Assembly: GCF_001194135.2 (NCBI RefSeq)
Contig: NC_068984.1
Span: 9,515,121 to 9,579,120, forward strand
Length of the DNA stretch: 64,000 nucleotides
Direction of reading: 5' to 3'
DNA from: Octopus bimaculoides
Lineage: Eukaryota
This document shows positions 37,294 to 49,797 of this stretch, piece by piece. The notes beneath the pieces are model-generated. The model was given only the letters and a program-made list of their open reading frames with translations, did not search any database and had not been told where the DNA came from. Each line of letters opens with the position of its first letter. The first letter of the stretch is position 1. The position numbers were made by a program, and so were the translations under genes.

Positions 37294-39202
37294 NNNNNNN
37301 NNNNNNNNNNNNNNNNNNNNNNNNNNNNNNNNNNNNNNNNNNNNNNNNNNNNNNNNNNNNNNNNNNNNNNNNNNNNNNNNNNNNNNNNNNNNNNNNNNNN
37401 NNNNNNNNNNNNNNNNNNNNNNNNNNNNNNNNNNNNNNNNNNNNNNNNNNNNNNNNNNNNNNNNNNNNNNNNNNNNNNNNNNNNNNNNNNNNNNNNNNNN
37501 NNNNNNNNNNNNNNNNNNNNNNNNNNNNNNNNNNNNNNNNNNNNNNNNNNNNNNNNNNNNNNNNNNNNNNNNNNNNNNNNNNNNNNNNNNNNNNNNNNNN
37601 NNNNNNNNNNNNNNNNNNNNNNNNNNNNNNNNNNNNNNNNNNNNNNNNNNNNNNNNNNNNNNNNNNNNNNNNNNNNNNNNNNNNNNNNNNNNNNNNNNNN
37701 NNNNNNNNNNNNNNNNNNNNNNNNNNNNNNNNNNNNNNNNNNNNNNNNNNNNNNNNNNNNNNNNNNNNNNNNNNNNNNNNNNNNNNNNNNNNNNNNNNNN
37801 NNNNNNNNNNNNNNNNNNNNNNNNNNNNNNNNNNNNNNNNNNNNNNNNNNNNNNNNNNNNNNNNNNNNNNNNNNNNNNNNNNNNNNNNNNNNNNNNNNNN
37901 NNNNNNNNNNNNNNNNNNNNNNNNNNNNNNNNNNNNNNNNNNNNNNNNNNNNNNNNNNNNNNNNNNNNNNNNNNNNNNNNNNNNNNNNNNNNNNNNNNNN
38001 NNNNNNNNNNNNNNNNNNNNNNNNNNNNNNNNNNNNNNNNNNNNNNNNNNNNNNNNNNNNNNNNNNNNNNNNNNNNNNNNNNNNNNNNNNNNNNNNNNNN
38101 NNNNNNNNNNNNNNNNNNNNNNNNNNNNNNNNNNNNNNNNNNNNNNNNNNNNNNNNNNNNNNNNNNNNNNNNNNNNNNNNNNNNNNNNNNNNNGGTGGTG
38201 GTGGTGGTGGTGGTGGTGGCGGTGAAGAACAACAACCACAACAACAACAACTAGAAGAAGAAGAAGAAGAAGAAGAAGAAGAAGAAGAAGAAGAAGAAGA
38301 AGAAGAAGAAGAAGAAGAAGAAGAAGAAGGGTTTTATAGTAATAATAATGATAATAAAAGTTTCAAAGCGGAGTGCTGTGCGCTTGTACTTCTGAATAAA
38401 ATGTAAAATCTTTTGCTTTCGGGGATTATCTATCGTCTGCCATATGCGAGAGATGAACATTGAACAGAAAGAGAGAAGGGGGGAGAAGTATTCAAGGGGA
38501 AAAAGGTTAAAAAAATACATCCGTGCATTTAAGGAAAATACGTGGATCATATTGGATATTTTCTGGTCAGAGTTTTGGAATCGATTAATCTATATGTTAT
38601 TATATATTTTATTTTAGTCTACATTATTTTACTTTTATTTTATTTCGAAATAATGGATCGATAAGACTAAAAGTGTACGGGAAAGAAAATAAAGACATGG
38701 CGGTCGGGAGAGAAGGAAGGGAGATTTGAGGATGAAGGCATTATACAACATTATTTTACAGGAATAAAATCACGTGATCAGAACAAGGCTAAAAGCGCTC
38801 GCTTTGTAGTGATTATCGATATGTTCCAAATGAACAGCTAGCACAGGTTTAGCAAGTAAGCAAATGGATCGAAGTCAAAAAGTTGAGATTTGGGGATGGG
38901 GTGAAAAACCTGATCAGAACTAACGGAAAACGACAGTTTTTGTTTTCTTCGAAAGGGTGCAATGGCGGATAAAGAAACCACTTGAAAAGTAATCAGTGAA
39001 TTTATGTCTAATGGCTGTCTAATGGCTCTCTTTTTGATTCCAGGGTTTTAGGTTGAATTACATTTATCATGCTAATGATGCAACGACAATATACGTGATT
39101 AAATTTGTTTTAATATCACTGTGTGCGTGTGTTTGCATATATAACTATATATTACCTTATAACTATATGGTCTCTCTATCTGTCTATCTAGTATATATAT
39201 AA

Positions 39203-40045
39203 TGTTTCAGTTTTAGGGCTGCGGTCATGCTGGAGCACCACCGTTGACTGAGCTACACCATTACTTGGAACCTCCTGTAATATGTGGCATTTGATCAATG
39301 AGGGAATTTGATGCTGCTGCCCTCATCTATGTTTCTTGCCGTGAGGTAGGCTCATCTGGAGCCCGTAATAGGAAGAGATCCAGTTTTATTTTAAAGGCAC
39401 CTCTCAGGCATTTTGGAAGGATATTAGAGAGATGTGGGCCCCTGAAGCCCAAGCTGTTTCAGTATCTAGTCCTGTATTTTAATGGCGATGCTGAGATCTT
39501 TGGCCCTATGCAGTGGCGCCCCGTTCGGTAGTTTGAATAACTTCCAATGCCAAAGTTTGGTACAAGGCCTTCTAGGATTTTCCAGATGTATATCACTGCA
39601 TATCTCTCCCGCGTTCGTTCTAGGGAGAAGAGTTTCAATTCTTTAAGTTTTTCCCAGTAGCTGACATGTTACATCGAGACGATTTTCTTGGTGTAGTTTC
39701 GTTGGAATGCTTCGAGTTCCGCCGTTGATTTTTTATTGTGTGGAGACCATAGTTGGGAGCAATAGCCTAAGCGGCTGAGTACTTTTGTCCTCCAGAGGAT
39801 CATCAATGTCTCCTTTTCTCTTGTTTTGAAAGTTCGGAGGATCCAGCCAGCCAGCCGTCTGCATTGTATTACCAAATTGGTAATACGCACCCGGAAAGAT
39901 GCATCATTGCTCATGTCAATGCCCAGGTCATGCACTGATTTTGATTCAGGGATTTCAATTCCTCCTGGGCCAATGTATCCTGTCTGCACGTAGTTTAGTT
40001 TTGTGTGTTGGTAGCATAGGGCCTGGAATTTTCCTGCATTAAAAA
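39203..40045 (-). mobile_element. Second CR1/L2-group LINE 3' end (same family group as 3885-4835)
   Basis: ORF 39669-39989 SVHDLGIDMSNDASF...RLGYCSQLWSP...ELEAFQR; tail reverse complement ggtggtgctccagcatgaccgcagccctaaaactgaaacatt. Confidence 0.9.
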
Positions 40046-40139
40046 TTTATTCTAAATTAAAAAGAGAAAACGAACATACATACATACATACATACATACA
40101 TACATACATACATACATACATGCATACATGTATACATAC

Positions 40140-40520
40140 ATTGGAGCTCTAAGTTTTGTTAGTAAATGCTTAAAGGAGAATCTGGATAAACTGGGATTTT
40201 CAGAAAAAGAAATCGACCGGCTGATTTGTACATTAAAAGTGCAATCTGTGAGTGGAACAGAAAAAATATGCAAGACTTAACAAATTCCAAATGTGAATTT
40301 TTCTGTGTTAACTACATCCCAAAGATGGAGCCTTGTATCTTTGTTGGAAACCGGCTCCCTCCTCAGTGGAAGATTTATGATAATCAAACAATAGAAGAGA
40401 CATACATACATACATACAATCAAATCGTTATCCTGAACCAGAAGACAACTACTGCTGGCGAAATGAAAGCGGATGATGAGCTTCAGAACCAACAGATCGT
40501 CTGACAAAAAAATACCTTCC
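40140..40520 (+). mobile_element. R4/Dong-like ORF C-terminus and probable 3' UTR
   Basis: [45 protein letters not shown]. Confidence 0.65.
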
Positions 40521-40534
40521 AATTACAATATTTC

Positions 40535-40700
40535 ATTTCGACTGTCTTTACGTTCTGAGTTCAAATTCCTCCGAGGGTCGACTTTGCCTTTCATCATTTC
40601 GGGGTCGATAAATTAAGTACCAGTTTCGTACTGAGGTCGATTTAATCGACTGGCCCCCTCCCCAGAAATTTCAGGCCTCGTGCCTAGAGTAGAAAAGAAT
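40535..40700 (+). mobile_element. SINE family B, 5'-truncated, short-tail type
   Basis: ttacgttctgagttcaaattcc...ggggtcgataaattaagtaccag...aaatttcaggcctcgtgcctagagtagaaaaga. Confidence 0.8.
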
Positions 40701-42126
40701 ATTTCATTTCGTCCTTTAGTGCTCTGTTCGAATCTTACCAAGGGTAAGTTTATTTCTTCTCTTTCCTAAATCGATAAAACCAATACCAGACATATGCTGG
40801 GGTTGATTTAGTAAATACCAGGAATACACTGGAATTGTCTTAACAGACTATATCCTTCCCGATTGCTGTGTTCCTATGTCAGAAATCATTATACTAAATA
40901 TTAACCGATTCTATATTGGCAAGAATTTTGGTATTTGGTAGTCTCTGAATATCTCGGTGTTATTTAGAGAAATTTCAAAATGGTGCCAAGTTTTAAATCC
41001 TAAGAGAAATTTTGGTTTTTTTACATTAGCAATATTCTTGTACATTGAATATTCGTTTTCTCTGAGTTCTAAAACTTAAGATCCTTGTTGTTGTTGTTGT
41101 TTTACTGGAAAACCAAGATATTCTGGGTTTGGAAAACGCATAGCCTCTTCAATCGAAGAGAATTGAAAATTTAGTTTTTCTGGGCTATTTTGGTTTTCTT
41201 TTTTTGTTTTTTAAGTTTAGTTTGCTATTAGTAGATCGAAATTAAAAATACTTAATCATTGGTTAGCTAACTTTACACACCAAGAAAATCTAATTATAAC
41301 ATTTTCCAATCTTTTTTCTCAAAGATGGCCATGAAATCTGGAGAAGTTTGGTTCAACTCAAATATTTAACACTCCAGATGATTCAAGGCACTTCTATCGT
41401 TTATATGTTATCTGTCTTATTGAGTATTCCACTATGACTTCCGTAAATACAAAATCGAACCAAAAAATGTGAAATAAAACAGACAAACAAAACTAAAAAA
41501 ACGATCGATAATTGTTTTCCGCCGCTTGGCCAAACTCATTTCTGTTAAAATGTGAAGGAAAATCGGAAAGAGAAGAAATCAGAAGAGACAAGTACAGAGA
41601 GAAATAGAGTTAAAACGAGTGACAAAAAGAAGCAGAGAGAAAGAAGTGGTGACTGGGTTATTAAAATCTCTTCATATCTACTTGATACGAAATTATATTC
41701 TATAGAACCGCAAAATTGCATTTCCGCCATTTTAAAATCAATAGACGGTGATGTTGATTTTTTTTGTTTTATAACTAATCCTAATATGCAAGCTCAAGAC
41801 ATTTCTTCGCCATTTACACCAAACCAACTTTATTTTACGTGAAGTCTATTTCGGTGTAATTTACCGACTGACTTCATCGATTTTATACTTCGATTACTAA
41901 TGATTAATATCTACATTCATGTCCGAATCTACTGAAAGTCTCGAGGTTAGGCCACCTCGTGAGGTAGTTTCAATCCCCTTTTTCAATTTCATTTACAACA
42001 CCTTTACGGCAAGGCATGACTACCACATCCTCACTTTCGCTTCTTTAATATATAAGGCTTATATAACTGGTAAAAAAAAACATTACTCTTGCACACCTTT
42101 ATTTCTATTATTAGTGCTCGGTTGCT

Positions 42127-42300
42127 AAGGCGGCGAGATGGCAGAATCGTTAGCACGCCGGGCGAACTGCTTAGAGATATTTCCTCTGCCGCTACGTTCT
42201 GAGTTCAATTTCCACCGCGATCCACTTTCCTTTTCATCCTCTCGGAGTCGATGAAATAAGTAAGTTACACACTGGGGATCGATGTAATCGACTAACCCCT
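42127..42300 (+). mobile_element. SINE family B
   Basis: aaggcggcgagatggcagaatcgttagcacgccgggcg...gagttcaatttcc. Confidence 0.8.
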
Positions 42301-42486
42301 ACCCCACCACCGCAAAAAAAAAGAATTTCTAGAGCACAAATAATTATTATTGCTTGTTTGAGCAGACCTGTAACTATCTATTTTCTTTTTTTATTTTTCA
42401 TCTTTTACTTGTTTCAGTCATTGGATTGCAGCCATACTGGAGCATCTCCTTGGATAGCTTGAATCGAACAAATCGTGTTTGTTGTT

Positions 42487-42532
42487 AACATAACGTTTCG
42501 GCTGATATACCCTCCAGCCTTCATCAGGTGTC
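42487..42532 (-). ncRNA. Minimal type I hammerhead of the PLE (dimer) type
   Basis: gacac-CTGATGA-a-ggctg-gagggtatat-cagcc-GAAA-cg-TT-atgtt; stem III is the palindrome ACGT; first stem I pair is mismatched in this copy. Confidence 0.8.
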
Positions 42533-42568
42533 TTGGTGAAATTTCGAACCTGGGTTCTCATTCCTAAG

Positions 42569-42632
<64 letters not shown>

Positions 42633-42708
42633 TCAGGTCACTGCCTGAAATCAAACTCGGAATCTTGGAGTTAGTAACCCGCGCTCTTAATCACTATGTC
42701 ATATGCCC
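42633..42708 (-). promoter_or_regulatory. tRNA-like head with Pol III A-box and B-box remnants
   Basis: gggcata-TGACATAGTGA-ttaagagcgcgggttactaactccaagattcc-GAGTTTGATTTC-aggcagtgacc; tRNA-like box spacing, both boxes carry mismatches. Confidence 0.65.
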
Positions 42709-42737
42709 GTGGGCAATTATAGAGCGAATTTTAGGGC

Positions 42738-44201
42738 TTATAAACCTAATATCTTCCTATCCTTCCTTAACACTGGTTCCCATATGCTATTCACATCTGC
42801 ACTCAGTCTGCTTCGGAGGTTTTTGTGTCCTAGCATATGTGCTGCTTCTTTTCGTTTTCGTATTTTCCAGTTGTTTTCTCTATCTATTATTTTAACTTCA
42901 TCGCACAGGGGGAGATGGTCTGCATTTTTCTATACATGATTAGCTATACCCGATTTATCAATATCTCCCCGTGTCACAGCTTTGCGATGTCCCTCTACCC
43001 TTATTTTGAGGGGGTGACATGTTTCGCCTTTGTATAACCTACCACAGCTGCATGGGATGGAGTACACGCGATCTTTGGTCATATTCTCTTCTATTGGTAG
43101 TTTCACTCGAAGGAGATATTTGTGAAGTGTTGTACTACTCTTGAATACTGTCCTGATGTCATATGGGCCGCATATCTTTTGTATCTTTTCGGAGTGGCCT
43201 TTCACATAGGGTACACAGACTGTGGACGGTTTATTGATTTCATCCCTTCTTTTCTTCATAATTGGAGTGGAGAGTATGCTTTTGGGGTAGTTGTTGCTTA
43301 ATAGATTGTTACTTAGCTTGATCATTCCTTCGTAGTGGGTATCACGATCGCTACTTCTATTCACTGCTCGATATTTTAGGCACTGAGCAATCTCTCTCAT
43401 TACACTGTATGGATGGTGGGAATTGAATCTGAGGTATCGTCCAGTGGAGGTCAGCTCGCGGTATACGGATGTCCTGAATCCATACTTGGTGCGTGTTATT
43501 ACTACGTCCAGGAATGCTAGCTGATTGTCTTTTTCCTTTTCTATTGTGAACTGTATGGATGGCTTTATTGAGTTCACATGATCTAACAGCACTTGGACAT
43601 CTTCTTGGTGAGGCCAGAGTATAGAGATGTCATCAACATATCGCAGCCATTGGGTTGGTTTTAGTGGTATTGATCCTAAAGCCAAATTCTCAAAATATCC
43701 CATGTATATATTGGCTATTATCGGTGATAATGACGAACCCATAGCTAAATCGTCTTCTTGTCGGTATATATCAGTGTCCATACTGAAATAGGTAGTTTCT
43801 ACACAGAAGGTCAACATTTCCATCAGGTTTCTTATTGGCATACTAGTGCGTTCTTTTAGATGGATGTCTGTCACTAGTTTTCCTTGAATCACCGATAGTG
43901 CTTCACCAGTCGAGACTTTGGTGAACAGACTTATCACATCTAGACTCACCACCTGGTTGAATTCTGTGAAGTGGGTGGAATTATTCACGTACGATGTTGA
44001 CTTTTCTGCTAATGGACTGATTATATCCACCAAGAAGCGGCTCAGTGGATGACATGCTGAACCTTTACAGCTCACTATAGGTCTTAGTGGAATACCTTCC
44101 TTGTGAATCTTAGGAAGACCGTACATGTGTGGTAGTTTACTGCATTGTTCAGTCAGTTGTCTGTACCTCATTGGTGTAAAGTGGTCCTTGTTCATGATCA
44201 A
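42738..44201 (-). pseudogene. PLE reverse transcriptase / GIY-YIG endonuclease, one premature stop and internal deletion, N-terminus missing
   Basis: 423-aa ORF plus 63 further in-frame codons (KNADHLPLCDEVKIIDRENNWKIRKRKEAAHM...IWEPVLRKDRKILGL*). Confidence 0.88.
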
Positions 44202-44445
44202 GATCGATCTGAGTACTTATTTTTAAAAATTGGTACTTATTCTATCAGTTTTCGTTTGCAGAACAGCTAAGTCACGTGGACGTATACGAACCGGCACCAT
44301 TTGTCAAGATGTGGGAGACAAATACAGATAAAAGACGCGCGCGCACACATTCACACATACACACACACACACACACACATACGCATACACACGTGCAGAC
44401 ACACACACACGCATAGACGCGCACATACATATATAGATATTTAAT

Positions 44446-44482
<37 letters not shown>

Positions 44483-44589
44483 AATGGATGCGTGGCGTTG
44501 GATCATATAATATAAATAATATATAAATATATGCATATATACATACATATATGTACATACCTACATATATATGTACATATACATGCATA

Positions 44590-44760
44590 TATGGGTACAG
44601 GACATCAAAAACACGTGAACAAAGAGAGAAACGAGAGCATAAAAAACATAGAAAACGAACTTCTTTTCGAACAACGAAAGAAGCAAATAGAGAAACGAAA
44701 CAGGAAACATAAAGAACAATCCCTTCATCAGTTGTCCCCTGTTTTATCTACTCCGCGTTT
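44590..44760 (-). mobile_element. Repeat family F, second copy, truncated at the GAAA
   Basis: Reverse complement aaacgcg-gagtaga-taaaacag-gggacaa-CTGATGA-agggattgttctttatg; aligns with 11985-12160. Confidence 0.7.
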
Positions 44761-44837
44761 GATAACTGATGTGGTTTATTCATGTTCCTGTAATTTAGTA
44801 GCTTCGCATGAGAGACCAAGAGAGCAAGTACTGGACT

Positions 44838-45058
44838 TATGAAGGTTCGCTGAAAAGTTCCTGGCTTTGGGTAAAAGAAAATACAGGAGAATCAGTTAAT
44901 TATGATTTTATTTAACATATTCCCCTCTCAGATTCGCACATTTATTGCAGTGGTCCTTCAGCTTTTCTAAGCCCTGTAAAAGACTTCGGAACGTTGGGCC
45001 TCCAACCGGGCCTTTCGCGATACCTTAAAAGCCAGGAACTTTTCCGCGCATCCTCGTA
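44838..45058. mobile_element. Mariner-type MITE
   Basis: Imperfect TIRs tatgaaggttcgctgaaaagttcctggcttt / aaagccaggaacttttccgcgcatcctcgta with TA ends. Confidence 0.75.
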
Positions 45059-45361
45059 AATTCACACAGAGGCAATAAGAGAATCAGACGTGTACAGACA
45101 GTCGATGTTTTCAAAAAAGTTCTTTGGATCACCAAACCTCGTGATCTCTGCATAAATATACGAATAAGTTCGAAGAAAAACCTCCCCCATACACACACAA
45201 CAATGCACATATACAAACTTGCACGTACACAAACATACATACATATATACACACACACACACACCAACTGTCTGGTTGTATTTAAATAAGTTTGGAAACC
45301 AATCAGGTATAGAATTAGTTGATCCAATTTCATTTCTAGACAGACAACAAACACACACACG

Positions 45362-45392
<31 letters not shown>

Positions 45393-45898
45393 GTTTGTGT
45401 GTGCACATATATATATGCCATTTCTATTCATTTTTTCATATATATATNNNNNNNNNNNNNNNNNNNNNNNNNNNNNNNNNNNNNNNNNNNNNNNNNNNNN
45501 NNNNNNNNNNNNNNNNNNNNNNNNNNNNNNNNNNNNNNNNNNNNNNNNNNNNNNNNNNNNNNNNNNNNNNNNNNNNNNNNNNNNNNNNNNNNNNNNNNNN
45601 NNNNNNNNNNNNNNNNNNNNNNNNNNNNNNNNNNNNNNNNNNNNNNNNNNNNNNNNNNNNNNNNNNNNNNNNNNNNNNNNNNNNNNNNNNNNNNNNNNNN
45701 NNNNNNNNNNNNNNNNNNNNNNNNNNNNNNNNNNNNNATATATATTCAGACGCACATTAAACTAGGCAGTATAATTTTAGTTCATTTAAGCGAGATATCT
45801 AATCGATGGCGGTGCACAAGGACTAAACAAGACAGTCGGGCCATGACTTCATATCTTTATATCTATGGGAATAAACAAACTGGAAGACTGTATGTAAT

Positions 45899-45959
<61 letters not shown>

Positions 45960-46041
45960 GAAGATAGATAGATAGACAGATAGATAGATTGATAGATGTG
46001 AGTCTTTGACTAGGTTTACATATATATATGCATGTGCATGC

Positions 46042-46075
<34 letters not shown>

Positions 46076-47609
46076 CATGTACATATATATATGTATGTAC
46101 ATGTATACATATATGTATGTATATATGTATATATATGTATGTACGTATGTATATATTTATATAGATTTATAAGGAATGGCCCGTTTATTTTTGTCTGTTG
46201 TGCATGCATGTGTGTATATGTTCGATGAGGTGTGTGAGTGTATGTGTATGTGTTTGTTGTTGTTGTTGTTGTTGTTGTTGTTTTTGTGAGAACAACAACA
46301 ATCTCTATGAAAGATGAACGGAAATTGTGGAGGAATCGTCTAATTGCAGATAAAACCTCGTTGTTGGTCGATCGATAATGCAGAAGTCAATGCTTTTATT
46401 TAGAAGATGTGAATCGAGACAAGCGCACACGAACTATAACACCCCCTACACACACACACACACACACACATACACACATACACATACACACATACACACA
46501 CACATACACACACACACCCACACAAATGTGCTTTAGTGTGTGAGTGTATGCCTATATATGTGTGTGCGCATAGGCATATATACATATTACAAGGGTATGC
46601 GTATATATACATATATATATATATATATANNNNNNNNNNNNNNNNNNNNNNNNNNNNNNNNNNNNNNNNNNNNNNNNNNNNNNNNNNNNNNNNNNNNNNN
46701 NNNNNNNNNNNNNNNNNNNNNNNNNNNNNNNNNNNNNNNNNNNNNNNNNNNNNNNNNNNNNNNNNNNNNNNNNNNNNNNNNNNNNNNNNNNNNNNNNNNN
46801 NNNNNNNNNNNNNNNNNNNNNNNNNNNNNNNNNNNNNNNNNNNNNNNNNNNNNNNNNNNNNNNNNNNNNNNNNNNNNNNNNNNNNNNNNNNNNNNNNNNN
46901 NNNNNNNNNNNNNNNNNNNNNNNNNNNNNNNNNNNNNNNNNNNNNNNNNNNNNNNNNNNNNNNNNNNNNNNNNNNNNNNNNNNNNNNNNNNNNNNNNNNN
47001 NNNNNNNNNNNNNNNNNNNNNNNNNNNNNNNNNNNNNNNNNNNNNNNNNNNNNNNNNNNNNNNNNNNNNNNNNNNNNNNNNNNNNNNNNNNNNNNNNNNN
47101 NNNNNNNNNNNNNNNNNNNNNNNNNNNNNNNNNNNNNNNNNNNNNNNNNNNNNNNNNNNNNNNNNNNNNNNNNNNNNNNNNNNNNNNNNNNNNNNNNNNN
47201 NNNNNNNNNNNNNNNNNNNNNNNNNNNNNNNNNNNNNNNNNNNNNNNNNNNNNNNNNNNNNNNNNNNNNNNNNNNNNNNNNNNNNNNNNNNNNNNNNNNN
47301 NNNNNNNNNNNNNNNNNNNNNNNNNNNNNNNNNNNNNNNNNNNNNNNNNNNNNNNNNNNNNNNNNNNNNNNNNNNNNNNNNNNNNNNNNNNNNNNNNNNN
47401 NNNNNNNNNNNNNNNNNNNNNNNNNNNNNNNNNNNNNNNNNNNNNNNNNNNNNNNNNNNNNNNNNNNNNNNNNNNNNNNNNNNNNNNNNNNNNNNNNNNN
47501 NNNNNNNNNNNNNNNNNNNNNNNNNNNNNNNNNNNNNNNNNNNNNNNNNNNNNNNNNNNNNNNNNNNNNNNNNNNNNNNNNNNNNNNNNNNNNNNTGTGT
47601 GTGTGTGTG

Positions 47610-47644
<35 letters not shown>

Positions 47645-47649
47645 GACTG

Positions 47650-47818
47650 TATCTGTGTTGCCCTTTACCATCGCTTGACAACCGATGTTGGTGTGTTTTC
47701 GTCCCCGTAACTTAGCAGTTCCGCAAAAGAGACTGATAGAATAAGTACTAGGCTTACAAAGAATAAGTCCTGGGGTCGATTTGTCCGGTTAAAGGTGGTG
47801 CTCCAGCATGGCCGCATT
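47650..47818 (+). mobile_element. SINE family A, 3' half (head lost in gap)
   Basis: catcgcttgacaaccgatgttgg...ggtggtgctccagcatggccgca. Confidence 0.8.
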
Positions 47819-48042
47819 CAAAGCATTTAAGTAAATTATCAGATATATTTTTACAGTGACTTCGAAGTTTCATCAGTGACTGGCTTCGCCATTTTATATA
47901 TGCCCGTCAATGATTGTGTGAGTTTACATACACACATACACAAATCCATACATACACATGTATATATATATGTATATATATATATATATATATAAGCAAT
48001 GTTAATTCTCTAAATGAAGTATTAACAGTAACTGCACGATAA

Positions 48043-48342
48043 AGTGTAGTATATTGCCACTTAAGTGTGGCTGACCCCTAGGGGTGGATGTTACTGTTGC
48101 TTTTAGCCCCAGGAGGACATCTCCTCCAGCTGGCTTATCGACACACGACTGTGTCCTGTTTGCCAAGGGAAATCCGGATACGTTCGTGCTGCAGATCGAG
48201 GTGAGAGGGATAACTTCCCTTGGCAAACAGGACACAGTCGTGTGTCGATAAGCCAGCTGGAGGAGATGTCCTCCTGGGGCTAAAAGCAACAGTAACATCC
48301 ACCCCTAGGGGTCAGCCACACTTAAGTGGCAATATACTACAC

Positions 48343-48343
<1 letters not shown>
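48043..48343. repeat. Perfect 129-bp inverted repeat with 43-bp spacer
   Basis: Arms 48043-48171 and 48215-48343 are exact reverse complements, checked base by base. Confidence 0.95.
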
Positions 48344-48400
<57 letters not shown>

Positions 48401-48959
48401 CGCGTAGCGTAGCGCATTCTCTATGTTGTTCATCTGTTCAATTTTTTTACCAGATCTTATAAGAAAGATTTTTTTTTTCTTCTATTTCACGATATTTTTG
48501 TTGTTTTTCATTCTATTTTAATTGCTGTTTTCTGGGAGTCTTTTTTTTTCTTGTTCTTTTTTCTTTGTCTTTAATGTAATGCTGCTAATATAATCGTGTT
48601 GGCAGATATGAATAAAATATGGAAATTTTCAAGGACCTTCCACTGTAAAGAGTGGCTGAATTCGAGGAAATTATCGATCAGATACAGACGCACGTACTCA
48701 GAGACAGACAGACTGACAGAGAGGAAATCATACGTAGACACATAATGGCAAGAGAACACGTACACGTACATGCACACAAATACATAGACAACAACACACA
48801 CATATACACAGAAAGCCACAAATTTATTAAAGATATATATTGATGATTTTAGTGGTCTTCATTATATTCCTTGTGCGGTGTTTTACTCGATTTCGGAAAA
48901 GTCACAAACAAAATCGATTCAAAGAGGATTTGAATTTCTCTGTTTTACAGGACTATTAA

Positions 48960-49110
48960 ATCGATCTCAATAGCTGAATGGAGTTTCATTTTATCGATTC
49001 CGAAAGGATGCCAAGCAGATTTAATGTCGGCGAGATTTGAACACAGAACGTAAAGGCCGTAACTAAATGCTACTGGAACTTCCACCGATGCTCCTCCGAT
49101 TCTGTCAAAT
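48960..49110 (-). mobile_element. Degenerate family B SINE
   Basis: tttatcgattccgaaaggatg...gatttgaacacagaacg. Confidence 0.6.
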
Positions 49111-49261
49111 CAGCGTGAACACAAAACTAAAAGGAGGCTGGTAGATAAAAGGAGGCTGGTAGATACTATGAAGCAATTAATCTAGTGCTTTCCAGTTTCT
49201 CCATATGTGTACTCTCAAGAGAAGGACGGAGTAATCATGGTTGGAACGTCTCTATCTCGGG

Positions 49262-49797
49262 CAGTTGTTCTCAACAATTTTTTTATCTTCGGACTCCTTT
49301 GAGAATTATTGGGTTGGTGCATAATTATTGCGGCTTTTTTCAACAAATTTTATTCAACAAAAACAATAACAATATTTAACGAAAGCATCTTTAAATGACG
49401 GTCTGACCGTCTGCCAAGCAAATGGGAAGCAGTAATTGAAGTAGATGGTGAATATGCTCTGGAATAACCATTTAAATATGTTTTTGTTACATGTTGTAAT
49501 TGTTTTTGTTGAAGAAAATTTGTTGAAAAAAAGCCGCAATAATTATGCACCAACCCAATATTTTATTCTGGTTGACCCTACCCTTTACCATTCTTTGTTT
49601 AAAAACTAATTCCATAGATACTTCTTTCAAAATTCTTATTTTGTTTATCACACATTCATTCGTATAGGCTGAGAAAGAAGCCTGTTTCATGAAATAAATA
49701 CATCTAAAAGGAAAATTTCTCAGGGGCTACCTGAAATACTATTGTGGACCTGATTAACTATTTTGTTTGTGTAGGGACCCAAAAATCAAAACTACTG
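49262..49797. mobile_element. hAT/Charlie-like MITE containing a nested mariner MITE
   Basis: Ends cagttgttctcaac...aaaactactg; 8-bp flanks atctcggg / atctagga (6/8 match). Confidence 0.55.
49307..49560. mobile_element. Mariner-derived MITE with about 45-bp TIRs
   Basis: tattgggttggtgcataattattgcggctttttt / aaaaaagccgcaataattatgcaccaacccaata; interior translates RLPSKWEAVIEVDGEY (transposase C-terminus). Confidence 0.88.

Larger units (their letters stand above)
42477..44205 (-). mobile_element. 5'-truncated Penelope/Poseidon-type element: RT and GIY-YIG ORF plus 3' terminal repeat containing a tRNA-like head, (AAT)n and a hammerhead
   Basis: ORF motifs YGLPKIHK..PLRPIVS, SLDV.SLFT, LAMGSSLSP, WLRYVDD, FLDV, VYSIPCSCGRLYKGET; reading frame continues through a TAG at 42930-42932 to a TAA at 42738-42740. 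Confidence 0.92.

Noticed and set aside
42633-42708. tRNA-like heads (here and in SINEs A-D) as functional tRNA genes
   Set aside because: No complete cloverleaf or acceptor stem; embedded in multicopy retroposons
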